A DNA stretch of 64,000 nt from Dictyostelium discoideum. Lineage: Eukaryota. Made by a program: the position numbers and the translations under genes. The number at the start of each line of letters is the position of its first letter. Positions within the stretch are counted from its first letter, which is position 1. The notes below the pieces were generated by a model, which was not told where the DNA came from, did no database searches, and saw only the letters and a list, made by a program, of their open reading frames with translations. The DNA is taken from assembly GCA_000004695.1 (NCBI GenBank), contig CM000153.2, positions 3,136,001-3,200,000 on the forward strand. Reading direction: 5' to 3'. Shown here one piece after another: positions 44,466 through 58,806 of this stretch.

Positions 44466-45707
44466 TTCATCTTTTGAAATTAAATTTAATTTTTGAATTG
44501 GTAATGATAAAACAGCATTAATTAAATTTTTTTTACCTAAAGATAAATCATAACGTTTTCTACCTTTTTTTAATTTTCTTTTAATGGTTGCATCCAATTC
44601 GATGCCACCACTGTCACCACTATCGTTGGTATGACCTTGTGAAGTTAGGGAAGAGAATGAACTGAAACATATGACTTTTAAGTGTGGATAGTTTGTATTG
44701 AAATATTGAATCCAAGCATCGATGATTCTCTTGTCAACTAAATCAATCTTGTTTAAGATTAAGATCATTGGTTTCTTGAGATCTACATTGATGTAGTTAT
44801 AGAGAGATGGTGGGAAATGGAATAAAGGGTATCTGGCATCGGTTACTAGTAGAATTACATCTGATCTCTCTGAAACCCTCCAAAGCTGTCTCCAAACCTC
44901 TAAATTATGTTCAAAGTAGTTTAATCTACTTTTGTCGTATTTTATAACGATATTCTCCAACCAACGTGAGAACATAATTCTTTCCTCTTCTTTCAACCTG
45001 TCGCCAGACATATTGTAGCTCCAATGTGGTCTCTTTGGTATATCAATATAGTTGCCACCAGACACCGACGTACCTTGATTGATTCTATCATATTCCCTCA
45101 TTATTAGCCATGGCTCATCACGTAGTATCGTATTCAATGGTTTCTTACTTTGCTCTTTTCTCTTTTCAATCTCTTCTCTACTCTCTTTTTCAAAGATTGT
45201 AACTAATTTATTAATTCTTCTACCACCATTTGTAATTTGTTTACTACCAAGATCGAATGATTTCATTTGTTTATTAATTTCATTAATATGTTTAATTGAT
45301 TTCCCAATTTCATCATCTTCATCTTCTTTTTCTTCATCATCATCATCATATTCTTCTTCTTCTTCTTCTTGTGTATTATCACTGTCTTCTTCTTCCTCAT
45401 CCTCATCATCATCTTCTTGTTCATCTTCATCATTGCTTTCATCCTTATCCTTATTTTCTTTAGTTTTTTGATGGGTATGAACACGTTTAATTTGATTATT
45501 ACTAAATATGATTTTACTACCAACTATTGAATCATTGTTATGTACAACTTTATTATTATTTAATAATTGTTTTGCTAATTTTCTCTTCTCTTGTAATGAA
45601 ATATCAATATTATCATCTAATAATGCATTTTCAATTCTTTTTCTTTCTTTTTTCTCTTTTAATTGATCTTTTTTTTGTTTTCCACTAAATGGTTTTGATC
45701 TAGCCAT
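43167..45707 (-). CDS. gnl1: Guanine nucleotide-binding protein-like 1 (GNL1/Lsg1-family circularly permuted GTPase), 846 aa, single exon.
   Basis: The N-terminus MARSKPFSGKQKKDQLKEKKERKR matches human GNL1 MPRKKPFSVKQKKKQLQDKRERKRG. DSREEIEKRKEQSKK matches DSREEVERRKRAARE. The permuted GTPase order is G4 (ILNKIDL), then G1 (GMVGHPNVGKSSLIN), then G3 (DCPGLVFP). NLEVWRQLWRVSERSDVILLVTDARYPL is the HSR1/MMR1 signature. Dictyostelium-type acidic and poly-N insertions are present. Confidence 0.85.
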
Positions 45708-46159
45708 TTATTTTACTTTTATTGTTATAATTATTTTTTTTTTTTTTTTTTTTTTTCTATCTATTTCTTTGTGAATGTGTGAACTTGTTTTTGAAACTAA
45801 TGATTTTTTTTTTTTTTTTTTTTTTCAACCCCATTTTCACTGTTAGTTTGGCAAAAAAAACAAAAAAAAAAAAATAAAAATAAAATAAAAACCCAATCCC
45901 TCCCAAAAAATCTGAAAGTTCCCTCAAAAAAAAAAAAACCCAAAAAAAAAAAAAAAAATCTTAAATAGTGATAATTTAATTTATTTTATTTGAATTTTTA
46001 ATTTTAATTTTTTTTTAAATTAATTTATATTTTATTTTTTTTTTTTTGAAAAAAATTCGTTTGTGGGAATTGAAATTTTTTCACTTTTTTTTTTTTTTTT
46101 TTTTTTTATTTTTTTTTTTCTGCCAACAGCAACAACAAAAAAAAAAAAAAAAGCACTAA

Positions 46160-46241
46160 ATGAGCAATGCAAATGGAAATAGCAATGGAAAACAAAATAA
46201 TGATTTAGAAGATTTACAATCATTAAATTTATTACTATCAA

Positions 46242-46329
<88 letters not shown>

Positions 46330-48727
46330 TAATAATAATAATAATAGTAATATTAGTAGTAATGGTAATATTAATTATACAGAATCACAAACATTTAAAG
46401 AGCATCCAATAGGTTTACCAAAACCTGTTCAAGAATTTGTTACAAAATTAATGACACATAGAAACAATTTAATTGAAACCAATGCAATAGATAAACCATT
46501 TTTAATTCCACCATCAAAAGAAGTAGTTGATTTATTTAAAACTTATAAAAAGTCAATGAATGATGCTAATGGTATTCAAGATGAGGATCAAGATGATACA
46601 GATGATGAATTCGCTTTATTACCAGATGATCATTATGATGAAGAATTAATTTTAGATGAAGATTATCAAGATGGTAATGATGAAAATGATACTAATAATA
46701 GTAATAATGCAAACACAACTACACGTAATAATACAACTACAGCAATTCAAAATAATGCTTTAACAATACCAAATTCATCATCATCATCATCATATAATTT
46801 AATTGAGGCAATTGGAAATTTAAATAATAATAATACTTTAGGAACAACTACCACCACAACGACAACCACCACTACAACAACATCATTACCAGATTTAAAT
46901 TTAAATTTTGATTCTTCTGAATTATTTAAAAAATTTAAAAATGATAACCACCAAAATCATGATAGTAATATAAATAATAATAATAAAATATTAAATGATG
47001 GATTAGATGTTACAAATTTATTAAAAATTAATAAAGAATATCAAGAATTTATTAAAAAATATTTACAAAAGATTGAAGAAGAACAAAAGAGAAATAAAGA
47101 GATGTTAGCACAAGCTAGAAAATCAATTCATGTTACAATTGGACCAAGAACTATTAAAGGTGGTGGTTTTAGAAAGAAAGGTATAGCAAAGGAACAACTT
47201 GATAATAGTGATAGTGATAATGGTGGTGGTGGTAATGGTGGTGGATTCGATGATGAGTATGTAAATTGTAGTTGTATTGGTACATGTATATGTATAGATT
47301 CAAATGGTCAACCACTTTTTAAAAGAAAGAAACCTGGTATTCCATATTTTTCATTTGAAGTTGAAGTTGATGGTGTAATTCAAACTCATTATCCTGCCGA
47401 TAATCCTGATAGTGAGAATATTAGAATTACAAAGAATAATATGCCATTATATTTTAAAACTAGAAGATGGACAAAGAAAGAATCTGAATTATTATTAAAA
47501 GGTATAAAAGAAAAGAATTTACAAAAGAAACTTTATAGATTATCAGAGGATAAATTATCAAAAGCAGAATATGAAAAAAAGCTTAAACAAATTCAACGTT
47601 CATCAAATAATAATAATAATAATAATAATAATATTAATAATAATAACAATAATAATAGTATCAAAGATAAACAAGATTTTGTTGCACCAACTATGCAAGT
47701 GATATCTCAAGTTTGTGTTGAAAGTTTAACACGTTCACCATTGGAAGCTTATTTGAGATGGAAGAATCATGATGATCCTTCAATTAATAAGGGACCATTT
47801 ACAAAAGAAGAGGATAAGAAATTATTAACTTTAGCAAAGAAATATGATGGCCATGAATGGGAGAAGATTTCAATTGAATTGGGTACTAATAGAACACCAT
47901 TAGCTTGTATTCAAAGATATCAAAGAAGTTTAAATAGTAAAATGATGAAAAGAGAATGGACAAAGGAAGAGGATGAAGTTTTAGCTGGTGTTATTAAACT
48001 TCATATGCATGGTGAAAGAATCGATTGGCAAGAGATCACCGAATACATTCCAGGTAGAACAGGTCATCAATGTTTACATCGTTGGCATAAAACATTGGAT
48101 CCCTCAATTAAAAAGGGTCGTTGGTCACCTGAAGAGGATCAATGTTTAATTAATGCTGTCAATGCCTATGGAAAAGGTAATTGGATTCTCATTAAAAATC
48201 ATGTAAAAGGTAGAACCGATGTACAATGTCGTGAACGTTATTGTAATGTATTGGATCCACAATTGACTAAAATTCGTTGGACCCCTCAAGAAGATAAACG
48301 TTTATTCGATATCACAAATAAAGTTGGTATTGGTAAATGGTCAGACGTTGCTAAACTCATGGAAAATCGTACTGATAATCAATGTTGGAGACGTTGGAAA
48401 CAATTGAATAAATCAAGTAATGTATTAAAAGATTATCAAGAAAAAGTCTCTAAAAAGAAAGAAATTTGTGTTAGTAATTTCTCTGGTCGTAAACATGAAA
48501 GATCAGAATTAACTGTTGATGATGTTATTGAAATTGAAGAAAAATTAAATCCAAAATCAAATAAAAAAACTAAAACCTTAACCTCAACAACTACAACTTC
48601 AACAAACCCAACAACAAATAATAATAAAACAGACAATATTGATAATCAATGTGGAAAAAATAATGATTGTAGTACTTTTTGTGGTATTGATGATCATTAT
48701 GATGATGAACTTTTACAAAAAGATTAA
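46160..48727 (+). CDS. Myb-domain protein with four to five tandem Myb/SANT repeats in the C-terminal half (SNAPC4/SNAP190-like arrangement), 855 aa.
   Basis: Successive repeats carry the regularly spaced Trp/Glu-Asp signature. (1) [17 protein letters not shown]. (2) [48 protein letters not shown]. (3) [17 protein letters not shown]...[28 protein letters not shown]. (4) [49 protein letters not shown]. (5) [46 protein letters not shown]. The SNAPC4-like call rests on repeat number and arrangement only. Confidence 0.8.
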
Positions 48728-48813
48728 AAAAAAAAAAAAAAAAAAAAAAAAATAAATAAATATAAATTGTAAATAATTTAGGTGTCTATTTATTATTATT
48801 ATTATTATTATTT

Positions 48814-51800
48814 TTATTGAGATGGACTACCAATATTTTTAGGTGGAGAAGATTGATCATTAATAATATCAGTAATAATTTCAAATTCTCCACTTTCATC
48901 AAGGTTATCAGTTGTATTGAAATAAACTTCGTCTTTAAAATCATGGTCATTAGTTGAATCGATAATATTATCCAATAAATTATCAGGTATATCTGTTTCT
49001 TTTTTAATTTGATGATCTCTTTTTTCCATAATTTCATTAATTGCATTTTCATTCATTAATTCAGTGATATGTGGTGATTTCATTGTAGTTGGTATTTTTA
49101 ATTCTTCTTCTTCCTCTTCCTGTTGTTGTGAATAAATATTTAAATGATCATTTCTTTTAAATACAGTTGTTTTTGATAATTTTACAACTTTATCAAATAC
49201 TAAATTAAATAAATCTATAAATGAAATTAAACAAAATATAATTGCACTACAATAACGAAGTAAATTTAATGATTCTCTATCATAACGATTTTTATAAATA
49301 TATTCACCAATATCTCTTGCAATTTCATTACATATCTTTTTACTTTGATTCTCTTGAACAATTCTTTCATTCTTTAAAGTTGATCTAATATTTATCATAT
49401 ATGATCTTGTTGAATAATCCAATTCTGACATTAATTTTAATAAATTATTTGTAATTAATTTACCAATTTCATTTAAATGTTTTCTAAAAAAAACCATTAT
49501 ATATATAAATAAATAATTAATAGGTTAGTATTTGTTTCAGGAAAAAAAAAAAAAAAAAAAAAAAAAATTAAAATTAAAATTAAAATTTACTTTGGTAAAG
49601 CAGAAATTGTTATAAATTCTAAAGCTAATAAACTATGAAATAATTTTGTTTCAGTATAAAGTAATCTTCTAAGATGATAATATTTACTTTTTTGAAATGG
49701 TAATAATTCATAACGTGAATGAAATAATAAAGTTCTTTGAATTGGAATTTGATAACGTAATAGATTTAATTGTTTTGATAATAATTCTTTAAATTGTTTT
49801 TGATTCATTTCAATTGGTAAACTTTGTTGAATATAATTAAATTTACTTGCTCTATAAAATAATTGTCTAGATTCTGCTGGTAAAACATTTGGATCAATTA
49901 ATGTATTACAAATTAAGAAATTAAATGATTGAGTGATTTTAAATGGAAATTGATAAAGATTCAATTTTAATTGTTTATGTTCATAAAATGGACTAAATAG
50001 TAAAGATATAATAAGTACTAATAAAACTGCAAATAGAATATGCATCATTCTTAAAAGTGATGTAATCACTGATGGTGAATTTGAAGGATATGCAAGAAAT
50101 GCAATAACAACAAAAGAAATTATAAAAAATGTAACTAATTTTTCAAAACTTTTTGCTCTTGTCATTACACAACTTAAAAATGTAAATAGAAATGTTGAAA
50201 ATGTAAAAATGAATGCTCTTCCAGGATCTGTGGTTCTAGAGTAAATCTCTGCACATGCGTAGCCTAAAATTGAGCCCAGTACAGCACCAATAACACGAAG
50301 TATAGAATAAAATGTCAATGCACCTACAGTTGGTGTGCTAACTAAAGAATATGTAATTACAGCCCATGCTAAATTTCTAAATAAAATAAAATTACTATGA
50401 ATTTTTAATTCATAATAAATAATTGAAAATACACTAACACCAATTGAGAAAGACAAAGAGTATCTCCATTTACCTAATACTCTCTTTTCAATTATTTTCC
50501 AAATGATTTTAAATCTTTCTTTTAAAGTTATATGAAATTGAGGAAAATCTTTTGGATAATCTACTTTTGAAATTTTAATTTTAATTTTTAAAATATTAAT
50601 ATACCATTTTGAGAAAGTTTTAGTAATCATTGTAATATGTTGACGTCTACCAGATTTCTTATCCCAAAGTTTATGTGATAATAGGAAAACTGTTGATGCT
50701 AAAACTTTTTGATCTTTTGAAAACTTTTTAAATGCTGATATTAAGAAATTCACTCTTGTCTCTTCATCAATGTTTTTAACAGAAAATGAAGTTTCCGGAT
50801 CATAAACTTCGCCCAATATATTATTAATATCTTTAATTGTTTTATCAACACAATCAAAGCAAATTAAAATTTTATATTGAGAATATTCTAAAGTTTTATA
50901 TTTTCTAAGATTACTAATTCTTTGAATTGATTCAGTTGATTTTAAAAAATGTTTACCTTTTTTTAAATCATTAATATCTGAAATATTCTTCATATCAATA
51001 CTTTGAAAAAATGAAGAAGTATCAAAATTTTCATCATTAATCAATTGTGTTGTAAATTGAGCAGGTTTATACTTTTTACCAATTTGTTTTTCCATAATTT
51101 TAAATATTTTTACAAGTGTTGAAATTAATGTATTTAAATGTGGCAATATCTCTAATAGAGTTTGTGAAGTTTCAGAACCAATATTTTCTAATACCGCCGT
51201 ATTAATTGTTAAAAGTTTTTTATGATTTGTTTCTAAAAGATATGATAATTCATTAAAATAACCAAATAAATCAATATTCCAAAATTCTTTTTTTGCTTCA
51301 ACTAAATATTTCTCCATATTATTTAAATTTCTTGATGAAACAATATTTAATTTTTCCATTGTAATTTTAAAAAAGTTATGAGTTTTATTAAATCCATCAT
51401 TATTCATTGTCGTTGTTGTTGTTGTTATTGTTTTTGATTGTGATATTGATTCTTTTCCTATAACATGTTTATCATGTACTTCTTGATTTTCACCATTTAA
51501 ATTTAAATGTGGTGGTGGTTTTATTTTTAATGATTTTTTATCAATTGTTGATGTTGTTGTAAATTCAGTATTTAAACTTGAAGTTGGTGATCCATTATCA
51601 TTTAAATGAACTTTTTTAACAATATAATTTAAAGGTGATAAAGGTTCTTGATTTTTTGGTTTTAAAAATATTGGAATTTGAAATGAAATTTTCTTTTTTT
51701 TTAATTGTTCATCTTCTTCATCTTTTTGATTTACAATTATTGGAGAATTTTCATTTAAATTATTTTTATTATTTTCAAAATCTATTCTATTAGTTAAATT

Positions 51801-52229
51801 TTTAACAATATTCTTTTGATAAGAATTTTTTAATGGATAATTAATTGCTTCCAATGTTTTAATTTCAAATTCTCTTTCAATTATTGATACGAATTTTCTA
51901 TTGGTTTTTAATATGGTTTTTGAAGTTTGAATAAAGTATGTTGATGAGAATTCCATATTGAATATAATTCCAGTTACTAATACCAAGAATAATGGTGTTA
52001 CACCAGTTAATAAAAATTTTAAAAATGGTATAACATCGAATCTACTTGAAGGATTATTAAAATAAACTAAATTAAAGTATGGTATATACATAAGTTTACC
52101 AATATTGTAAGGTAATAAAGTCGATTCAATCATTATACCACTTGTAATGAAAATGAATGGTTGTGTTATGAATACTGATGTCCAAACATGATTAAATGTT
52201 AAAATGTGTGATATATATGCAACCACCAA
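48814..52229 (-). CDS. Large multi-pass membrane protein (over 1100 aa) with two hydrophobic clusters separated by a long soluble region and a C-terminal cytosolic tail (FUSC/ArAE-like topology; family tentative). Exons: at least 49591..52229 and 48814..49483; intron 49484..49590 (GTAAAT...TTTTAG). The 5' end is unresolved.
   Basis: The junction ..ISALPK (CCA AA|GTAAAT) joins to A AAA CAT.., giving ..LPKKHLNEIGKLITNN in frame with the 227-aa ORF. The reading frame stays open upstream of the listed TTG start (52229) up to a TAA at about 52500, with no in-frame ATG (..IYSILILLKKRDLIPFYNKPKLEIQRNLYYSFFISINLTLSVLFLVIPVFRNFFNVYFAVFNTLFVCVGVQ..). The true initiator is therefore either in a further upstream exon or the 5' end is mis-read. 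TM cluster 1 is at about 52000-52400; cluster 2 is about 50100-50500 (SIGVSVFSIIYYEL..AWAVITYSLVSTPTVGALTFYSILRVIGAVLGSILGYACAEIY..FIFTFSTFLFTFLSCVMT..FFIISFVVIAFLAY..ILFAVLLVLIISLLF). Confidence 0.6.
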
Positions 52230-53132
52230 TCCAATTATAACTGATAATAATATTCTAAATTGATTTTTAATTAATACATAAAATGATTGAGAACTTTGAA
52301 CTCCAACACAAACAAATAATGTATTGAAAACTGCAAAATAAACATTAAAAAAATTTCGAAAAACTGGAATAACTAAAAATAATACACTAAGAGTAAGATT
52401 TATTGATATAAAAAAACTATAATATAAATTTCTTTGAATTTCTAATTTTGGTTTATTATAAAATGGTATTAAATCTCTTTTTTTAAGTAATATTAATATT
52501 GAATATATTTATACATTTGTTTATTTTATTTTTTTATTTTATTTTATTTTATTTTATTTTTTTTTAAAAACATACTTTAAAAAATATTTTATTTTCATAT
52601 TTACATTTATTAAAAATATATGTTTTTTATTTTTTTTTATTTTTTATTTTATTTTATTTTATTTTATTTTTTTAAAAATGCTTAATTTTACAAAAAAACA
52701 ATTTATTTAATACTTTCACACCAACAAGGTCTTTCATTTTCTTTTTAAAAAATAAATAAAATTAATTTTATTCACCCCGTTGAGATTTTATTGAAAAATA
52801 TTTAATTTATTATTATTTATTTATTTTTTTATTTTTTTTATTATTTTTTAACAACGAAATAACACTTGTGAACAAAAAAAAATTGTAATTTGATTTTATA
52901 TTTTATTTTATTTTTTTTATTTTTTTTTTTTTTTTTATTTTTTGTAAAATCAAAAAAAAAAAAAAAAAAAAAAATACCAATAAAAAACCCCATCACTTTT
53001 TTATTTTTTTTTTTATTTTTATTCCAATCACATTAAAAAAAAAAAAAATACTACAATAATAAAAATAATAAAAATTATAAAAATTAATCAAAATTATAAT
53101 TTTTCATTAAATTAATTATTTAATTTAAATAA

Positions 53133-53396
53133 ATGGAAGATTTACCAACAGAAACATTGATTTTAATATTTAAAAATTTAAAAATTAATGAATTATTAAA
53201 TGTTGGATTAGTTTCAAGATTCTTTTTTTTAGTTTCATCAGATGATAGATTATGGAAATTATTATTTATTGATAAATTTGGGTATACAAAAATTTTTAAA
53301 AATGAAGAAGAATTAATAAAATTAAAAAATGATTTTAAAAATCAACAACAACAAATTTTAAAAATAAATAAAAATAAACAAAATAATAATATTAAT

Positions 53397-53433
<37 letters not shown>

Positions 53434-56400
53434 TTTTATCAACATCAATACCACAAAATCAAAATGAAAATAATATTAATATTGATAATGATAATGATAT
53501 TTCACAACATTTATTACAAAAACAAATTAATAAATTACAAATTTCAATTTTATATTTACAACAACAAAATTTAAAAGGTTGGAAACATTCCTATAAAAAA
53601 AATTTATTATTAGAATCAAGTAATGGTATGGAGATTATTATTATTATTTTTTTTTTTTTTATTTTTTTTTTTTTTTTATTTTTTTTTTTTCAAAATATGG
53701 AAATATGTTGACTTTTTTTTTTTTTCCAATTTTATATAAATAGAATTATTAGATTCAATTTTAAAAGAAGATTTTAGTAAAACTGATCGTTTATTATCAA
53801 TTAAATTATTAACAAATAATAATACATATTTAAGAGCAGCAGAGAAAATTATAGTTAAAAATCAACCTGAATTATTGGAAAAAGTTTTAAAATATTGTCC
53901 AATTGATAGTGTTTTAGGTTATTTTTACATTCAATCTTATATGAGATTAATTACAATTGCAATTCAAAGAAATTCAATAGCATGTGCAAAACTTTTATTA
54001 AATTATGGTGCAGATGTTACCTATTCAAATACTGGTGTATTATTAATGGGTTGTAAAAATAAAGTTTTCCCATTAAATGGTGAGTTTGGTAAAATGTAAA
54101 TAAAAAAAAAAAAAAAAAAAAAAAAGGATATATTTTATAAATTTATTAATATATAATTTTTTTTTTTTTTTAATAAATAGAATTGGAACATTCCCAAGAT
54201 TATGTAGTAGTAGTCCAGAATTATCATATTACTTTTTAGATGCATTATTATCACAGATTACATTCTTTTTATGCGTTCAATCAGGTAATGAATTAACATT
54301 ACAAGATTATGTTAAAACTATGAGAGGTGCAGCATTTATAAACAAAAGAACAGGTATTTGGGATTATGGTCATGAGATATTAAGATTTTCTGGTGTTTTC
54401 AATTTAGAAAATAAAAAAATAAATATTACTAGAAAATCACCTGCTAATAATAGTTCAAATATAAATATAAATTCAAATGTAAATACAAGTGGTACTACTA
54501 CTACTACTACAATTTTACAATCTCCAATATCATCAATAGGGTTACATACAACCAATAATTCACCATCACCAATATCAGCATCACCACTAAACTCACCATC
54601 ACCATCATTATTAATATCACCAAATTATAAATCAATAACTATAACAGATGGATGTGGTGGTGGTGGAGTACTTGGTAATGTTAGAACATTGAATGGTAGT
54701 AGTGATAGTGAAAGTGATCATTTATCATTGGATAATATGTCAAAAGTTAGATTCTCACAATTTAAAATGATTGAAAAAACATTATCACAAGTAACATTAG
54801 ATTGGTCAAGTGAATATTGTTCATATACACCACTTCATTGGGCTTCAAAATGTGGTCATCTTGCAAATATTAAAACTTTAATTAAAATGGGTGCTGATGT
54901 AAATGCATTAACCTCACTTGGTAAATCTTCTTTTGATATTGCAAAAGAAAATAAAAATGAAAATTGTTTAATATTTTTAGAAAAGCAAATGGTAATTATT
55001 AAATTTATTTTATTTTATTTATTTCATTTATATTAAATATTAAATATTAATTTTTTTATTTTTTAAAGTCAAAAACTATAAAAATTCAAACATTTGAACC
55101 ATTATTTCAATTAATTAAAAAAGGGAATTATATTGGATCATTAAAATTTTTAAGTACATTTATGTTTGAAAAATCATTAAAGCATTTAGAGAAACCAATT
55201 TCAACTAAATTAATAGCACATACTATTGAATATGATCAACAAAAGATATTAATTGGATTATATCCATTATGTTTAAATGTAAATTCAATATCAGATGAAG
55301 ATGGTAATACACCACTTCATTATGCTGCAGCTTTAGGTAGATTAGAATGTTTAAAAATTATAATTAATGGTGGTGAAAAAGTTTATAATAATAATAATAA
55401 TAATGATAGTGAAATTAATGATAGAGAAATTAATGATTGTGAAGATGATGGTAATATAAATATTAATTGTGTAAATAAAATTTATCAAACTCCATTAATT
55501 TTAGCAACTATAAATGGACATTTAGATATTGTAAAATATTTATTAGAGAATAAATCAGCAAGTGTTGATATTGTAGATTGGCAATTGAATACACCATTAC
55601 ATTATTCATTCAAATATCCAGATATTGTTGAAATATTATTAAAACATCATTCAAATCCATTTCAAATTAATAATTTATCAAAGAATTGTTTACATTTAGC
55701 AGTTGACGTTTCAAAGAATGATAATAAAATTAATAGAATTAAGAGTTTAAATATTTTATTAACCCATATCGAAAGACAATATCAAGATTATACATCTTCA
55801 AATTATTTCAATAACATATTCAATACTCTAGATTTATTTGAAAATACACCATTATTAATTTCACAATCTTATTATATAACTCATTTTCAAGATTATGATG
55901 ATAATGATATATTTAATGAAATTTCAAATATTTTATTAAAAAAAGAAGAAAGGAATAATAGTGGTAGTGGTAATGGTAGTGATGAATATATATTATCAAA
56001 ATCATCAAAATCAATAACTAATCAATTAAATTTATCATTTAATGATTTGAAGATAATATTGAATTTTAAAAGACCAATTGAATTAGAGAATTATTTGGCA
56101 ACCACTGTACCATTGAAACCATCAGTTGCAATGCTATCAATTTTGAAACTGGGTGGTACTATATCGATTGAAACATTTGAAAAATTGAAATTACAACATC
56201 ATTTAATGTTAGAATCTTATATAAAGAAATTAAAATTTTTAAATTGTTATAATCAATTAATTAATATTCATACAAGTTCAATTGAATCAATTATTGAACA
56301 ACTATTAATAATTCAACAATACCAATTGAAATCATTTGCTTATAGCTCCATTGAATATATTTTATCAGTTTATTTAATTTCAAATAGATTTGAAATCGTA

Positions 56401-57462
56401 GTTTATTTAATTGAAAATTTAAATAGAATAATGAATTCTACAACTTATATTGACAGATTTCAAACATTCATTTTCAATAGTATTTTACATACACCATCAA
56501 TTCCTCAACAATATTGTAGATCCTTATTATCACCCTACACAACTAGATTTGATTCTTCATTATTTCAACATGTAATTTCATTAGATCATCATATTATGTT
56601 AATATCAATGATTACAAATGATGATGATGATCCATCACCACCATCACCATCATCACCACCAATATCAGAAATTAATTATAAATTTAGAATGAATTTAGCA
56701 GTTTCAAAATATTGGATATTTTCAAGAGTTGTTAAAAATGGTGCAATTAAATGTTGTAGATTTTTAACAGATATGTTATTTAGTAAATCATTGGATTTTG
56801 AATTTACACATTCATTATTATTAAATGTTTCAGAATTAAGATCAATAAAGAATAAAAGAGAAATCATTAATATTCTATCACATTATGATTCAAATTCAAT
56901 AATTGAAGCATTAAAAGATAATCCAGTTTCACCAAATGCAAATGCATATTTTGATTTCTATTATTCATTAGATAATAATAATGGTAGTAATAATCATGAT
57001 ATCGATAATAATAGTATAATTTCAAAGAAACCATTAATTGAAATTGATTATCATCAAAATTCATGTGAAAATCATCCACATGATTTAAAAAAAGAGTATA
57101 TTGAAAATTGTCCAAATAAATGTGGAGTAAAGAATATTTTAGATTTAGAAGATCATTTATTAATTTGTTTAAATGGTTTTTATAATTGTCCAAATAAAAT
57201 CAATGGTTGTCAATCTGAACCAATGTCAAAATCAAATTTATTAAATCATTTACAAAAACAATGCACTTATTTACATTGTCATCAATGTGATGGTAATTTT
57301 AATCGTCAAGATTTCGTTCAACATATTTTCACCCACGAATCTGATACATGGGAAATTTGTTCATTTTGTAATCAAATGATTAAAGGTTTCTCTTCAACTT
57401 ATAAAAATGATATAATTCATATTCGTGATTGTTCTTTAAATTTAATTAATAATAATCATTCA

Positions 57463-57542
<80 letters not shown>

Positions 57543-57729
57543 AAAATCAATTTTATTTAGTTCAGAATATGAACATTTAAAAGTTTGTAAGAATCATAAT
57601 ATTAAATGTCACTCTTGTAAAATAACAATTCATATTTCAGAATTATCAACTCATAAATGTTTATTTATATCAAAAATTCCAATTTTAAGAAATTATTTAA
57701 ATATTCAAAATCTTGTTGATCTTATTTAA
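53133..57729 (+). CDS. F-box / ankyrin-repeat / TRAF-type zinc-finger protein, about 1434 aa. Exons: 53133..53625, 53744..54083 (3' boundary ambiguous; alternative end at 54079), 54181..54991 and 55069..57729. Introns: GTATGG..AATAG, GTTTGG (or GTGAGT)..AATAG, GTAATT..TAAAG.
   Basis: F-box: LPTETLILIFKNLKINELLNVGLVSRFFFLVSSDDRLWKLLFIDKFG. ANK repeats: YTPLHWASKCGHLANIKTLIKMGADVNALTSLGKS, DGNTPLHYAAALGRLECLKIIINGG, QTPLILATINGHLDIVKYLLEN and NTPLHYSF. The C-terminal Cys/His-rich TRAF-type zinc finger is CPNKCGVKNILDLEDHLLICLNGFYNCPNKINGCQSEPMSKSNLLNHLQKQCTYLHCHQC...HIFTHESDTWEICSFCNQ. Frames of the 192-, 74-, 238- and 855-aa track ORFs are connected by the listed splice sites. The exon 2/3 junction needs a phase-2 donor; only the weak GGT GA|GTTTGG satisfies the frame. 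Confidence 0.7.
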
Positions 57730-57926
57730 CATCTTTCAAATAATTTGGAAAATAAAATAATTTAAATGGTGTATTTATTTATTTTTTTTTTTTTTTTTTT
57801 TAAGTTAAGTTTTTTGAAAATTTTAAGAGAAAAAAAAAAAAAAAAAAAAAAAAAATAGGTTGTTATTGGTGATGTATTTTAAAATAATAAAAATAATAAT
57901 CCACCCCTGGTGAATTTCATTGTTTG

Positions 57927-57960
<34 letters not shown>

Positions 57961-58180
57961 TTTAAATTCAAAAACAGTTTTTGTTATTCAAATCTTTTTT
58001 TTTTTATATTTAATGGTTAAATTTGGTAAGGTATATTTTTATTTTTAAAAAATCAATTTTGTAATATTTTATTTTATTTTATAATGGTACCATTGTATTA
58101 AATAAAATAAAATATTAAAAAAAAATTGCAAACTATTAAAATAAAATATGATTAAAAGTATTGTTTTAAAATGTGTTTTT

Positions 58181-58227
<47 letters not shown>

Positions 58228-58806
58228 TGTTTTAATATTTTTATTTATAAATTTTAAAGACTTTTAAACTATTATTGGGTTTATTATTATTTTTATTATT
58301 ATAATTATTATTTTAGTTTTTATTTTTATTATTTTTTAATTTTTAATTTTTAATTTTTTTAATTTTAATTATTTTCCCAAAAAAAAAAATTTTTTAAAAT
58401 TTTAATTTTTTTTTTTTAATTTTTTTTTTTTAATTATTTTTCAAAAAACACCACACGACACATAAAAAAAAAAAAAAAAAAAAAATTGTTTTATTAATAA
58501 TAAACTAAAAATTTATAGCAAAACAATTTTATTTATAAAAATAAAAAACCACTTAACTATTACTCCTCATATATTTTTAAAATAAATAAAAAAACATTAT
58601 AAAATATAATAATTCATATGGTTAAAAATTTTTAATAAATAAATCAATATTAATAAATAAAATTAAATTTATAATAGAATTAATTAATAAACTTTTGTAA
58701 TAACACCCAATAATTTATATAAAATAATAAAAAAAGAAAAAAGAAAAAAAAAAAAGAGAGAAACAAATAAATATTTAAAAAAAAAAAAAAAAAAAAAAAA
58801 AACAGA

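Noticed and set aside
54286-54320. A possible 21-nt mini-intron GTAATGAATTAACATTACAAG inside exon 3 of the F-box/ANK gene.
   Set aside because: It is far shorter than any other intron here (all 68 nt or longer), and reading through keeps the frame (..QSGNELTLQDYVKTMRG..). It is treated as coding.
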